Below, in pieces: positions 10,205 to 19,990 of a stretch of 64,000 nucleotides of DNA. Origin of the DNA: Planctomycetota bacterium. GTDB lineage: Bacteria > Planctomycetota > UBA1135 > UBA2386. The stretch covers positions 6,368,001-6,432,000 of the forward strand of contig OZ245006.1 in assembly GCA_965223545.1 (NCBI GenBank). Reading direction: 5' to 3'. The translations under genes were made by a program, and so were the position numbers. The notes below the pieces were generated by a model. It was not told the origin of the DNA. It made no database searches and saw nothing but the letters and a program-made list of their open reading frames with translations. Positions within the stretch are counted from its first letter, which is position 1. Each line of letters begins with the position of its first letter.

Positions 10205-11827
10205 ATGCGGATCGGTGTGGGGCTCGCTCGCGCGTTGGCGCTGGCCGCGATCGGTGCCGCGGCGCTTTGGTGGGCACCGCCACCGACACCGCCCCCGCCT
10301 GATCCGGCGCCTCGCGATTGGCAATGGACGCCGGACCCGGAGGGCTTGTTGCTCGACGGTGCCCGCACGGTGTCGCTGCCCGAGTTCGAGGACTTCGACC
10401 TGCTCGCCACGGTCGAGCTGCACGCCGACGCGGTGCTCGACATCGCGGCCCATGTGGTGGAGCCGTATGCCCGCGACGGCGAGGAGCTGCAGCGTTTCCA
10501 CGGGCGGTTTCAGATCGCGCGGGTGTCCGCCGGGGAGGAGGGCCCGATGGTGCGCTCCCGGGACGCGGCGCTGTTCGATTCCGTTGCCGGCGGAGCCCGC
10601 GTCGCGCCGGGCGTGCCGGCCTCGATCAAGCTCGAGGGGCGGGGGCGCCGCTTGCGCGTCAACGTCGCCGGTCGCTGGAGCGAGTGGGTCGAGGGTGCGG
10701 ATGCACGGGGTCGTCTCGTGCTGATGGCGCGCGGTGGCCCCGTCGTCGTGCGCTACCTCAAGGTCGTCGTCGTGCCGCGATCGCGGTGGCCGCTGGCTCT
10801 GTGGGGGGGCGGCCTCGGCATGGGGTTGGCGATTCTGAGTCTGGCTCGTGGTCGCCGCGGCGGGCGGGTGTTCGGTGCGTCGGTCGCCGCGCTCGTCCTC
10901 GGCGCGCTGGCGGCGCGCTGGCTCTACGCGACGCAGGCGCTGCCCTTTGTCGCGGGCGATCCGCTCGCCGCTGTGCTGCTGGTTGGCTCGCCCTTGCCGT
11001 TGGCACTGGCGGTGGCGGCTCCGTGGCGCGCGCTGCCGCGCCTGCTGGCTGTCGCCGCCGGGGCGGGGCTCGCCGTCGTCGCGGCCGAGGTCGCGGTGCA
11101 CCGCGAGTGGCCGCGCTTGGCTGCGTCGGAGGACTCCCGGCTGGACCTCCACTTCGGTCCGGCTTCGGGTAGCGCACCGCTCGACGCGCTGTCGCTGCGG
11201 ATCCGCAACCGCGGGCCCGCGGTGCACACCCTCGACATGCCGGAGACCCGAGTCGCGTTCTTGGGGGGCGGCATGATCTTCGAGGCCAGCCCCGACATGG
11301 CGCAGCACGTCGGGCTGCGCACCGCGCTCGCGCTCGGGCAGCGGCTCGGCCGAGAAGTCGAGGGAATCGTGGTGCCGACCGTGATCAGCAACGCGCTGCA
11401 GCAGCTCTTGCTGTTCTCGCGTTTCTATGCGGTGTTTGCCCCCGACGTGGTGGTGTTCGCGATCTCTCGCTTCGAGGGCGAGTCTGTGCCCGCGCCCAAC
11501 CCGCGCGCCGTGCTGCACGCCACCCGGACTGCAGTCGAGCGGCCGGCCTTGCGGTTGTCGGAGCTGTGGCGTTCCGCCGGCGCACCGGTGGCGTTGTCGA
11601 CGCCGGCCGAGCTCCGGCTCACCCTGGAGGAGCTGCGCGCGTTTGCCGCCGCGCAGGGCTGCGCCGTGGTGTTGGTCGCCGAGACCGGCCTGGCGCCGCC
11701 CCTGCGCCGGGTCGTCGACGAGTGTGCAGCGCAGTGGCGTTGGCCGGTGGTGGATGGAGTCGTGGCCGCGGATGGCACGCCGCGCTTCGCGCCACTGGTG
11801 GAAGCGATCGAACCGTTCCTGCGCTGA
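10205..11827 (+). CDS. Hypothetical membrane protein, possible degenerate SGNH-like C-terminal domain
   Basis: Signal-like N-terminus, beta-rich domain, TM block, RVAFLGGG and PDVVVF segments. Confidence 0.6.
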   Translation: MRIGVGLARALALAAIGAAALWWAPPPTPPPPDPAPRDWQWTPDPEGLLLDGARTVSLPEFEDFDLLATVELHADAVLDIAAHVVEPYARDGEELQRFHGRFQIARVSAGEEGPMVRSRDAALFDSVAGGARVAPGVPASIKLEGRGRRLRVNVAGRWSEWVEGADARGRLVLMARGGPVVVRYLKVVVVPRSRWPLALWGGGLGMGLAILSLARGRRGGRVFGASVAALVLGALAARWLYATQALPFVAGDPLAAVLLVGSPLPLALAVAAPWRALPRLLAVAAGAGLAVVAAEVAVHREWPRLAASEDSRLDLHFGPASGSAPLDALSLRIRNRGPAVHTLDMPETRVAFLGGGMIFEASPDMAQHVGLRTALALGQRLGREVEGIVVPTVISNALQQLLLFSRFYAVFAPDVVVFAISRFEGESVPAPNPRAVLHATRTAVERPALRLSELWRSAGAPVALSTPAELRLTLEELRAFAAAQGCAVVLVAETGLAPPLRRVVDECAAQWRWPVVDGVVAADGTPRFAPLVEAIEPFLR

Positions 11828-11857
11828 CGAGCAACGCTGGCCTCTGACCTCGGCGTG

Positions 11858-12769
11858 TCAGTGCCGCATCAAACGGCGCACTTCGAGGTGGGAGCTCACG
11901 GTAGAAACCGAGACGTCGGCCACTGGTCGCTGCCCCGCGGGTTCGCCGATGTGGGCATGACGGTACCAGCGGCTGCCGCGCCGCTGCCGGTCATGCCATT
12001 GCACGGGAAACTCGGTCTGCAGCGCGCCTTCGTCGCTTTCGAAGTGCAGCTCCATGCAGCACGCCGCGTCCATGTCGACGCGCAGCCGCCCGCTTTGGCT
12101 GGCCAGGCGCAGGGCCGGGGGGGGATCGGTCGCCGGAAGAGTGACGTCGACCCCGCCGGTGACGGTCTCGACCGAGGCGCGGCGAAAGCCGCCGAGCAGC
12201 CGCACGCGGCCACTGCCGGTGGTGATGCGGGCGGTTCCGCCCGGTCCGCTGCGACAGTGCACGGTGCCGGCCTCCGTGCGCACGTCGAGGTCGCCGGCGT
12301 AGCCCTGCACCGATACCCGCGCCATCTGCGTGCGCACCACCAGGCGAACATCTTCGGGCAGCACCAGCTGGCAGCAGATGTCGACCGATTCGAGGGCGGC
12401 GCCCTCGGCGTGCGTCATGGAAAGGCGCCGGACGCCGTCGATCTCCTCGACCAGCGCGCGCACCGAAGCGGCGCGTTGTGCCGCCAACGCCGCGTCGGGG
12501 GCCTGCACGCGGACGGACACTTCCACGGCCACCGATGCGCCGGCCCGGGCGATGATCTGGCCGCGGTGGACGTGGACCTCGAGCGTCTCGGGCTTGCCCG
12601 TGCCGAGGGAGACCGGCAGGGGGACGTCGACGTGGGGCTCGGTCGGCACCTCGTAGGGGCTGGCGCAGCCCGCGCCCAGCAGGATGGCGCAGCCGGCCGC
12701 GGCGCGCGCCTGCGCGGCGCTGGATCGGGAACGGCGGACGGCGGGTTTCACGGCGAGCGAGGACACCAT
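11858..12769 (-). CDS. Lipoprotein with adhesin/DUF4097-like beta repeats
   Basis: Lipobox GAGC; repeated T.sG.V strands (TEAGTV, TGSGRV, TVTGGV, SQSGRL); start uncertain. Confidence 0.65.
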   Translation of the reverse strand: MVSSLAVKPAVRRSRSSAAQARAAAGCAILLGAGCASPYEVPTEPHVDVPLPVSLGTGKPETLEVHVHRGQIIARAGASVAVEVSVRVQAPDAALAAQRAASVRALVEEIDGVRRLSMTHAEGAALESVDICCQLVLPEDVRLVVRTQMARVSVQGYAGDLDVRTEAGTVHCRSGPGGTARITTGSGRVRLLGGFRRASVETVTGGVDVTLPATDPPPALRLASQSGRLRVDMDAACCMELHFESDEGALQTEFPVQWHDRQRRGSRWYRHAHIGEPAGQRPVADVSVSTVSSHLEVRRLMRH

Positions 12770-12904
12770 AGCGCGTCGGGTGGATTCGGCGAACCGTAGC
12801 TGCAAAAGCCGGGCCGCCGGGGCCCCGACCCTGCCCGTCCACGGCGCATGGATCGGACCGTGGGGGGCGATCGCAGCGAGGGGTGCACGCTAAACTGCGA
12901 GTTC

Positions 12905-13831
12905 GTGTCGACGTTCCTCGGCCTCGACGCGGGTGGCACCCGCACGCGGTGGGTGCTGCTCGACGCGCAAGAACGGGTGCTCACCTCCGGTGAGACGGCT
13001 CCCATCCAAGCCGCCGTGCAGGGGGTCGATGCCGCTGCCGAGGCGCTCGCCGGTGCTTTGGCCGAGATCCTCGCGGCGATCGATCCGGGCCAACGTCCGG
13101 GGGTGACGGTGGCCGGCGTCGCGGGTGCCGGCGCGGTCGCCGTCCGCCACGCGTTGGCCGCGGCGGCGCCCGTGCCGTTGCACGTGACCGGTGATGCGGC
13201 GTTGGTCGCCGCGTTGGCGCTCGCCGATACGCCGGGCGTCGCGGTTTGGTCCGGCACTGGTTCGTTCGTCATCGCCCGCGATGACGAGGGCCGTCTGCAC
13301 CGGGCCGGGGGCCGCGGCCCGCTGTTGGGCGACGAGGGCAGTGGCTACGACGTGGTCCGGCGCGCGGCCGTGGCGGTGGTGCGCGCGATCGATGGGGTCG
13401 GCCTCAAGACCGCGCTGGCGCCGGCGCTCGCCGACTTCTTCGATGTCGAAGAACCCGCCCACCTCGGCGCGTGCATGCAGCGGTTGTCCTCGGGTCGGGT
13501 GGCGGCGGCGATGCCGTTGGTCGCCGAGATCGCCGATACCGGTGACCCGGTCGCGGCGCGCGTCATCGAGCAGGCGGCGCAGGAGCTGGTGGCCCTGGCG
13601 GTCTCGATCGCCGCGCGCGCCGGGCTGTCGGTCGAGCGGGACTACATCTGTTTCGGCGGGGGCGCCGTCCGCTGCGTGCCACGCTACGCGCGCTGTTTGC
13701 AGGACGTGCTCGTCGCCGCCGGCTTCCGCGCGCCGCAGCTGGCGGGAGACGACCCTGCCATTGGCGCCGCGCGCTTGGCGCGGGCAATCGACGCGCACCG
13801 CGAACCCCTGTGTGAGTGGGTCGGCGCTTGA
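12905..13831 (+). CDS. BadF/BadG/BcrA/BcrD-type ATPase, probable GlcNAc kinase
   Basis: LGLDAGGTRT, GVAG, TGDA, SGTGS, GGRGPLLGDEGSGY. Confidence 0.85.
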   Translation: MSTFLGLDAGGTRTRWVLLDAQERVLTSGETAPIQAAVQGVDAAAEALAGALAEILAAIDPGQRPGVTVAGVAGAGAVAVRHALAAAAPVPLHVTGDAALVAALALADTPGVAVWSGTGSFVIARDDEGRLHRAGGRGPLLGDEGSGYDVVRRAAVAVVRAIDGVGLKTALAPALADFFDVEEPAHLGACMQRLSSGRVAAAMPLVAEIADTGDPVAARVIEQAAQELVALAVSIAARAGLSVERDYICFGGGAVRCVPRYARCLQDVLVAAGFRAPQLAGDDPAIGAARLARAIDAHREPLCEWVGA

Positions 13832-14265
13832 GTCGAGTGCCCGATCTCGACCTGGGGCGCGGCCGCGTGCTGCCGGCTCATTTGTTCCACGTGCGCTACA
13901 GCCGCAGCGGCGGCCCGGGCGGACAGCACGTCAACAAAGTTGCCACCAAGGTGGATCTGCGCCTCGATCTGCGTGGCGCCACCGAGATCCTCGGCGCGGC
14001 CGCGGTCCGGCGCATCGGCGACAAGCTCGCAGCGCGCCTCGACGCCGAGGGGCGGCTGCAGGTGGTTGCCGACGAGAACCGCGAGCAGCTGCGCAACCTC
14101 GAGGCCGCGATGGCGCGGATGCGCGCCCTGTTGCTGGGTGCCTTGGCGGTGCCCAAGCGCCGCCGGGCGACCCGGCCGACCCGTGGCAGTGTCGAGCGGC
14201 GCTTGTCGGCGAAGCGCTCGCGCGGACAGATCAAGAAATGGCGCTCGGACCGGGGCGGGGAATGA
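13828..14265 (+). CDS. arfB: Alternative ribosome-rescue factor B
   Basis: SRSGGPGGQHVNK, REQLRN, basic tail RRATRPTRGSVERRL..K. Confidence 0.92.
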   Translation: MSRVPDLDLGRGRVLPAHLFHVRYSRSGGPGGQHVNKVATKVDLRLDLRGATEILGAAAVRRIGDKLAARLDAEGRLQVVADENREQLRNLEAAMARMRALLLGALAVPKRRRATRPTRGSVERRLSAKRSRGQIKKWRSDRGGE

Positions 14266-15100
14266 CGCCGTTCAATGGGCGCCAGCGCACCCACGCGCCG
14301 GTGTCGGTGCGCAGAAAGGCCGGGCCTCTCGGTGCCGCGTAGTGCTGCAGGGCGCGTCGCAGCGTCGTCGACATGCGGCCGACGACGAGCTCGGCGGGCA
14401 GGCCGGTACGCTGCAGCAAGCCGCCGTCGCCGAGCAGGTGTGCCTGGCCGACGACGACGACGATGAGCGCGTCCGGCCAGCGCGCCGCGGCGCGACGGAT
14501 GCTGGCGGCGATCACCGCGTCGCGCTGCTCCAGTGGTAGGCGGGGAGTCGGCTCCAACGGGAACAAGGGCTGTCCGCGCTCGCGCGCGGTGGTCAGCAGC
14601 CGGCGGAAGAACCCGGTGTCGACCTCGGGGTTGTCGAGCCACGATTCCGGCCACCGCTGGCGCATGCGCATGCGCAACTCGCCGAGGTCGAACTTGCCGG
14701 CGGCGAACCCGCGCACGTGGCGGTTGTCTTGGCTACCGATCGCCTCGAGACCGAGGACGACCCGCACCCCCCGGCGGTGGAGGCCGTCGAGCATCTGCTC
14801 GATCTCGGCGTGCCATGCCGGATCGTCGTGTTGATCGCCGATGAACAGCACGCGGGCCGCCATCGCGTGCGCCAGCAGCGTGTCTCGATCCGCGTGGTCG
14901 ACCCAGCGGTAGCCGAGCGCGCGGTAGAAGGACTCCTTGTAGGCGCGCAGCACGGGCGGGCCGGCCGGGTCGGGGTCGGCGACGCGCGGAGCGTCCTGCC
15001 AGTTGAAACCGCTCGCCGCGCACGCTGGCAGCAAGAGGGCCAGCAGCGCCGCAGCCGGCTTGCGGCGCGGCGGTGCGCAGCGGATAGGCTGTGCGTCCAT
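14231..15100 (-). CDS. ChaN-family lipoprotein
   Basis: Lipobox LPAC; VLFIGDQHD, LGLE, RDAVIA, VVVGQAH. Confidence 0.7.
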   Translation of the reverse strand: MDAQPIRCAPPRRKPAAALLALLLPACAASGFNWQDAPRVADPDPAGPPVLRAYKESFYRALGYRWVDHADRDTLLAHAMAARVLFIGDQHDDPAWHAEIEQMLDGLHRRGVRVVLGLEAIGSQDNRHVRGFAAGKFDLGELRMRMRQRWPESWLDNPEVDTGFFRRLLTTARERGQPLFPLEPTPRLPLEQRDAVIAASIRRAAARWPDALIVVVVGQAHLLGDGGLLQRTGLPAELVVGRMSTTLRRALQHYAAPRGPAFLRTDTGAWVRWRPLNGVIPRPGPSAIS

Positions 15101-15887
15101 GGAACTCAACGCAGCGACCAATCTAGCCGGCTGCCGCGCCGTGATCACGGGTGGAGGCAGTGGGATCGGCCGCGGCATCGCCGAGGTGCTCGCCGCAGCG
15201 GGCGCGACGGTGATCGTGACCGGTCGCCGCGCGGCGCCCCTCGACGAAACCGTCGCTCTGGTGCGCGGTGCCGGCGGCAACGCGGCGGCGTTCCCGCTGG
15301 ACATCCGCGATTCTGCTGCCGTCGACGCGACCATGCGGGCGATCGCGAGCGAGTTCGACGGCATCGACGCGCTGGTCAACAACGCCGGCGTCGGCGGGCC
15401 CAACGCCTGCTCCGCGGACGGTGAAGACCGCTGGGACGAGATCGTGCGCACCAATCTCGACGGCCTGTTCTTCTGTTCGCGGGCGGCGTTGCCGCACATC
15501 CCCGACGGCGGCCGCGTCGTCAACATCGCCTCCGTGCTCGGTCGCTTCGGGGTGCCCGGCTACACCGCGTATTGCGCGTCCAAACACGGCGTGATCGGCT
15601 TCAGCAAGGCCCTCGCCCTCGAAGTGGCCGCGCGGCGCATCACCGTCAACGCCATCTGCCCCGGCTGGGTCGACACCGAGATGGCGCGGGTCGGCATGGA
15701 GGGGTTGGCGGAGGCCACCGGCGTCAGCTTCGAGCAGGCCCGGGACGACGCGCTCGGCGTGGTACCGATCCAGCGGCTGATCGAGCCGCGCGAGGTCGGG
15801 GCGCTGGTGCGCTATCTGGTGAGCGCGGATGCCGGCGCGATGACCGGGCAGGCGGTCAGCTTGTGCGGTGGCGCGACGATGTGGTAG
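15099..15887 (+). CDS. Short-chain dehydrogenase/reductase
   Basis: TGGGSGIG, NNAG, YCASK, NAICPGWVDT. Confidence 0.92.
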   Translation: MELNAATNLAGCRAVITGGGSGIGRGIAEVLAAAGATVIVTGRRAAPLDETVALVRGAGGNAAAFPLDIRDSAAVDATMRAIASEFDGIDALVNNAGVGGPNACSADGEDRWDEIVRTNLDGLFFCSRAALPHIPDGGRVVNIASVLGRFGVPGYTAYCASKHGVIGFSKALALEVAARRITVNAICPGWVDTEMARVGMEGLAEATGVSFEQARDDALGVVPIQRLIEPREVGALVRYLVSADAGAMTGQAVSLCGGATMW

Positions 15888-15910
15888 GCCGCTCGCGCGC
15901 GACTGGGCGC

Positions 15911-17017
15911 CTACGGTTCCTCGACCCACTCGGCGACGAACACGTTGGTCTCGCCCTGCTGGGAGCCGTAGCGGTTGCTGGCGAACGCCAGGTAGCGGCC
16001 GTTGGGGGAGAACATCGGGAAGCTGTCGAAGCCGTCGTAGTGCGTCACGCGCTCTTCGGACTCGCCATCGATGTCGATCATGAAGATGTCGAAGTTGCGG
16101 CCGCGCGGATCGTTCTTGTTGCTGGCGTACAGGATGCGCTGGTTGTCTGGGTGGAAGAACGGCGCGAAGTTGGCCTTGCCGTTGTGCGTGAGGCGCTTGA
16201 AGTTGCTGCCATCACGATCCATCACCGTGATCTCCATGTGGCTCGGCACGACCAGATCCTGTGCCAAGTACCCCTGGTATTCCTGCACCGCCGCCTCGTC
16301 GGCCGGGAAGCCCGAGCGCAGCACGATCTTGGTGCCGTCGTGCGAGTAGAACGGCCCGCCGTCGTAGCCGACGCGGTTGGTCAGCCGTTGCACGTCGGAG
16401 CCGTCGGGTTCCATCGAGTAGACCTCGAGGTCGCCATCGCGCACCGAAGTGAAAACGACGCGACCGGTGACGGGACACACCGTCGCCTCGGCGTCGTAGC
16501 CTTCCGCGTCGGTGAGCCGGATCAAGTCGCTGCCGTCGGGCGCCGCCGAGAAGATGTCGTAGCCGGGATAGATGGCCCAGACGTAGCGGCCGCGCACGCG
16601 GAACACCGGTGGTGGACACCCCTCGTCGGCGAGGTGGGTCGAGGCGTACAAGATGCGCGCATCACCTTGGGTGAAGTAGGCGCACGTCGTGCGCCCCTTG
16701 CCGGTGCTCACCAGCTGTTCTTCGCCGGTGGTCAGGTCGATGACGAAGATCTGATCGCAATCGAACGGCGGGCGCTTGGATTGGAAGATCAGCTTGGTTC
16801 CGTCGCCCGACCAGTACGCCTCGGCGTTCTCGCCGCCGAACGTCAGCTGCCGCACATTGCGCAGGCGGGTCTCGCCGTCGATCGGCTCGACCGGGCGCCC
16901 GGCGCGGATCGCGAAGTCCGCCGCCGGCATCACCGGCGCGGCGGCGTCTTCCGGGGTTTGGCTGTGCGCGCACGCACCGAGCAGCGTGGCGGCGACCGCG
17001 GTCCAAGTTCTTTGCAT
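15911..17017 (-). CDS. TolB-like/PD40 beta-propeller lipoprotein
   Basis: Lipobox LGAC; QLTFGGENAEAYWS, GYDAEAT, GYDGGPFYS, FDSFPMFSP. Confidence 0.85.
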   Translation of the reverse strand: MQRTWTAVAATLLGACAHSQTPEDAAAPVMPAADFAIRAGRPVEPIDGETRLRNVRQLTFGGENAEAYWSGDGTKLIFQSKRPPFDCDQIFVIDLTTGEEQLVSTGKGRTTCAYFTQGDARILYASTHLADEGCPPPVFRVRGRYVWAIYPGYDIFSAAPDGSDLIRLTDAEGYDAEATVCPVTGRVVFTSVRDGDLEVYSMEPDGSDVQRLTNRVGYDGGPFYSHDGTKIVLRSGFPADEAAVQEYQGYLAQDLVVPSHMEITVMDRDGSNFKRLTHNGKANFAPFFHPDNQRILYASNKNDPRGRNFDIFMIDIDGESEERVTHYDGFDSFPMFSPNGRYLAFASNRYGSQQGETNVFVAEWVEEP

Positions 17018-17126
17018 GGCGTCATCCAACCTGCGCCGCGCTCGGCTGGCAACGCAAAAAGACCGCGCGGCCGGGGTCCGGCCGGGGGGTGCTTTTGCCG
17101 CTCGACCGCGCCACCATGGAGAGACG

Positions 17127-17924
17127 ATGCGCCGCGCACCGGGACTCGCCCGTGTCGTGGGCTCCGCCGCACTGGTCGGCCTGGTCGCCGGCTGCCTGGC
17201 GCGACGCCCCAAGGACACCATCTGGCCGCCCGAGGACTACTTCTTGGACGTGCACGTCGTCCGCGACGGGCGCGAGCGCCAGCGTGTCCGCGTGTGGGCC
17301 GGCGGGGTCGTGGCCTATGCCGAGGCCACCGCCTGGCTTGCCGATCCGGTCGTGGCGGGCGCGACGTTGCCGGTCTACTCGCGGTTGAGTGTCTACCGCT
17401 TGCACCCGCGCTCGGTGCGCCAGCTGGCGCGGGCGATCGAGCGGGCGGGCCTCTACGATCTCGACGAGGTCGAGCCGGGAGTCCCGGTGGCGGCGGCCGG
17501 CGCGGCGCGCATGGTCGCCCGCTGGCAGCTGTTCGCCAGCCGGGGCACTGCGAGTGCCGAGGAAGGCAACGGCGCGGTGGTGCGCGCGGTGCGCGTGCTC
17601 AACGGCTACCTGCCGTCGGGGCACTTGCTGTCGATCCCGCGCATGGGCGGCGAGAGCGAGCCGCGGCGCGTGTCCCGCACCCCCGCTCCGGCCGACTCGG
17701 TGGACCAAGCGCTCGCCCTGCACGAGGACCTCGTCGAGCTGCAGCCCGCCGACGCCGCCTTGCGCGAGCACACGCTGGCACTCGCCCTCGCGGCCGCCGG
17801 CAGCGCCGGTGCCGACGCGCTCCTCGAGCAATGGCAAGAGGAGGGCTTGGACGATGGGTTGATGGTGCGGCTGCGCGCGATCGCGCTCGGCGACCGCGCG
17901 CCGCTGTCAGCGGGCGGTGGCTAG
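17127..17924 (+). CDS. Hypothetical lipoprotein
   Basis: GGAGAG RBS, MRR..hydrophobic..VAGC lipobox. Confidence 0.65.
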   Translation: MRRAPGLARVVGSAALVGLVAGCLARRPKDTIWPPEDYFLDVHVVRDGRERQRVRVWAGGVVAYAEATAWLADPVVAGATLPVYSRLSVYRLHPRSVRQLARAIERAGLYDLDEVEPGVPVAAAGAARMVARWQLFASRGTASAEEGNGAVVRAVRVLNGYLPSGHLLSIPRMGGESEPRRVSRTPAPADSVDQALALHEDLVELQPADAALREHTLALALAAAGSAGADALLEQWQEEGLDDGLMVRLRAIALGDRAPLSAGGG

Positions 17925-17989
17925 TCAGTGGTGTGAATCAGACAGATGGGGCGGATGGCCTCGGAGGTTGCCGCAGATTTCTGATTCGA

Positions 17990-18019
17990 CCAGGAGCCTC
18001 CCACAAGGCCGGCTCCTGG
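17990..18019. terminator. GC-rich hairpin between convergent genes
   Basis: CCAGGAGCC/GGCTCCTGG 9-bp stem; no U-tract, so function uncertain. Confidence 0.35.
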
Positions 18020-18036
18020 GTCGCCCGCTGCCCGCC

Positions 18037-19857
18037 TCAGTTGCCGAACTGCGTGTCCATGCCGCGCGAGACGCCGAGCGGCAGGACGAATGGCAGGCTG
18101 GGGTCGAGGTCGGCGAGCTGCCAGTAGATCGACCTGCCGACCAGCGATGGATTGCACGGCACGTTGACCGGAATCGCGACGTCGCCGGTGGCGCTGGTCG
18201 GGGCGGGGAACACCAGCGTCGGCGGGATGGCCAGAGCCGAGCCCGGCTGGCCGCCGAGCGGACCCAGCGCCACGGTGGCGGTCAGCGGGGCGACCACGAG
18301 GGCGGTGATCGAGTTGGGCACCAAGCCGGTGCCGGTGATCTGCCAGCTGTTGTTGCCGATCGTCGGCGGGCCGTTGGTGCCGATGGCCGGGGTGCCGACG
18401 CTGTGGGCGAAGGCGCTGCCGAAGTAGCTGATCGCGCTGGTCGCCGCGGTGACCCGCAGGTCGTCGATGAGCAGCGGATGGGCGTCGTTGTTGTTGTCGC
18501 AGACGAACTCGCGATAGCCGATGTAGAGCGTCACCGGATCCATGTCGGCCGGGTCGATCGCCGCCGCCAGGTTGTTGCCGGTGGCACAGCCGGAGCCGAC
18601 CATGCCGCCGAACGTGCCGAGCACGCTGTCGGCGGAGCGCTCCAGGCGCAACCGCTGCCAACCGTCGTTGACGCCGGGTTGGATGTTGATCGAGCCGATC
18701 ACGTTGGCGTTGGTCAGACCGACGTTCCAGGCGCCGTCGTTGTGATCGACGAGCGAGAGCGTGCCGCCCTGGTCGGTGATCTGGTAGACCCAGCTGACGC
18801 CGGTGTTGCCGTTGGCCTCGATCGGGCCGCCGAACGTGCTGGCGATGTAGCCGGTCGGATCCGGCGAGTTGAAGAACGTGCCGGTCGAGCCGAAGCCGAT
18901 GCTCCAGGTCTGGTACTCGGTGCCGGAGCTCAGGCACTGCGTCGTACCGGCCGCCACCGATGCCTCGATGCCGGAATCGAAATAGACCCAGGCTTCGAAG
19001 ACGGCACCGCCGTCGACCTCGGCGAGCAGCATGCCCATGTCCCCGCCGCCCGCCGGGTCCCACAGCGCGAGGCAGTTGCCGCCCTGCGGCGAGGCGCTCG
19101 TCGGCAGCCAGCCCAGCAGGTAGTTGCCCGGCAGCGTCGGGTCGACGACGAACGGAAACTCGAAGCTGCCGCTGAAGCCGACGGCCGGGGTGTCGGGTGA
19201 CTGCAGATCGAAGTTGTCGGTGAACGGCAGGGTCGCCGAGAAAGCGCCGGCGTTGCTGGTGCCCGGCGTCATCGGCACGATGTAGAAGTCGCGGCCGTTG
19301 TTGCCGGTGTCGCGGCCGTCGCGGATGCGGCTCCAGGACGATTCGATCGGGAAGCCGCTGGTCGAGCTGTCGATGCTGCGGAAGTTGCCCCAGACGCCTT
19401 CCGCCTCGGCGAGCGCCGGGTTCCACAGGCCCTTGTTCGCCTCGTAGACGAGTGTGTCGATGCTGTTGCCGGCGGTGTCGCGCAGGGTCAGCGAGGCGTT
19501 GCTGTTGTCGAGCAGGTCTTGGTCGAGCCCGGTGGTTGGGTTGAGCACGACCTGGTTGACGTTGGGCACCGCGGACGAGCCGACGACGTAGTAGCCGCCG
19601 GCGGCGAGCATCGTGCCGGCGTTGATCGTGAAGCTCGGGAACGCCCCGCCGGGGCCCTCGGCCGCGATCGTCCAGTTGCTGATGTCGATCGCGGCGCCCG
19701 TCGCGTTGTAGAGCTCGACGAACTCGCGGTAATCGGGGAAGCCGCTGTCGTCATACGAGAACTCGTTGATGACGACGGGGGCATTGGCGCCCTGCGCGGC
19801 CAGCGGGGCGAGGAGGGCGGGGACGACCAGGGCGGCGCACGGCAGCGGATGTCTCAT
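18037..19857 (-). CDS. Secreted lamin-tail-domain protein
   Basis: Signal peptide, VVINEFSYD...EFVELYN....IDISNWTI, TPG.SN; C-terminal domain resembles that of the paralogues at 23576 and 25819. Confidence 0.8.
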   Translation of the reverse strand: MRHPLPCAALVVPALLAPLAAQGANAPVVINEFSYDDSGFPDYREFVELYNATGAAIDISNWTIAAEGPGGAFPSFTINAGTMLAAGGYYVVGSSAVPNVNQVVLNPTTGLDQDLLDNSNASLTLRDTAGNSIDTLVYEANKGLWNPALAEAEGVWGNFRSIDSSTSGFPIESSWSRIRDGRDTGNNGRDFYIVPMTPGTSNAGAFSATLPFTDNFDLQSPDTPAVGFSGSFEFPFVVDPTLPGNYLLGWLPTSASPQGGNCLALWDPAGGGDMGMLLAEVDGGAVFEAWVYFDSGIEASVAAGTTQCLSSGTEYQTWSIGFGSTGTFFNSPDPTGYIASTFGGPIEANGNTGVSWVYQITDQGGTLSLVDHNDGAWNVGLTNANVIGSINIQPGVNDGWQRLRLERSADSVLGTFGGMVGSGCATGNNLAAAIDPADMDPVTLYIGYREFVCDNNNDAHPLLIDDLRVTAATSAISYFGSAFAHSVGTPAIGTNGPPTIGNNSWQITGTGLVPNSITALVVAPLTATVALGPLGGQPGSALAIPPTLVFPAPTSATGDVAIPVNVPCNPSLVGRSIYWQLADLDPSLPFVLPLGVSRGMDTQFGN

Positions 19858-19990
19858 GGCGATCGTTCTCGGTGCGGTTTTGACGAGGACACGCGGTCGG
19901 GCGAGTGCCCGCCGCGGAGAACCGGTACGGTACGGACGCCCGCGCGGCGCGGCAAGGATGCCGCATTGCGGTGTGGCGGAAATTGGGCGG

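Noticed and set aside
5210..11518. 900-aa and 1142-aa minus-strand ORFs as fusion proteins
   Set aside because: Their N-terminal parts are antisense shadows of plus-strand genes; real starts are near 6343 and 10078.
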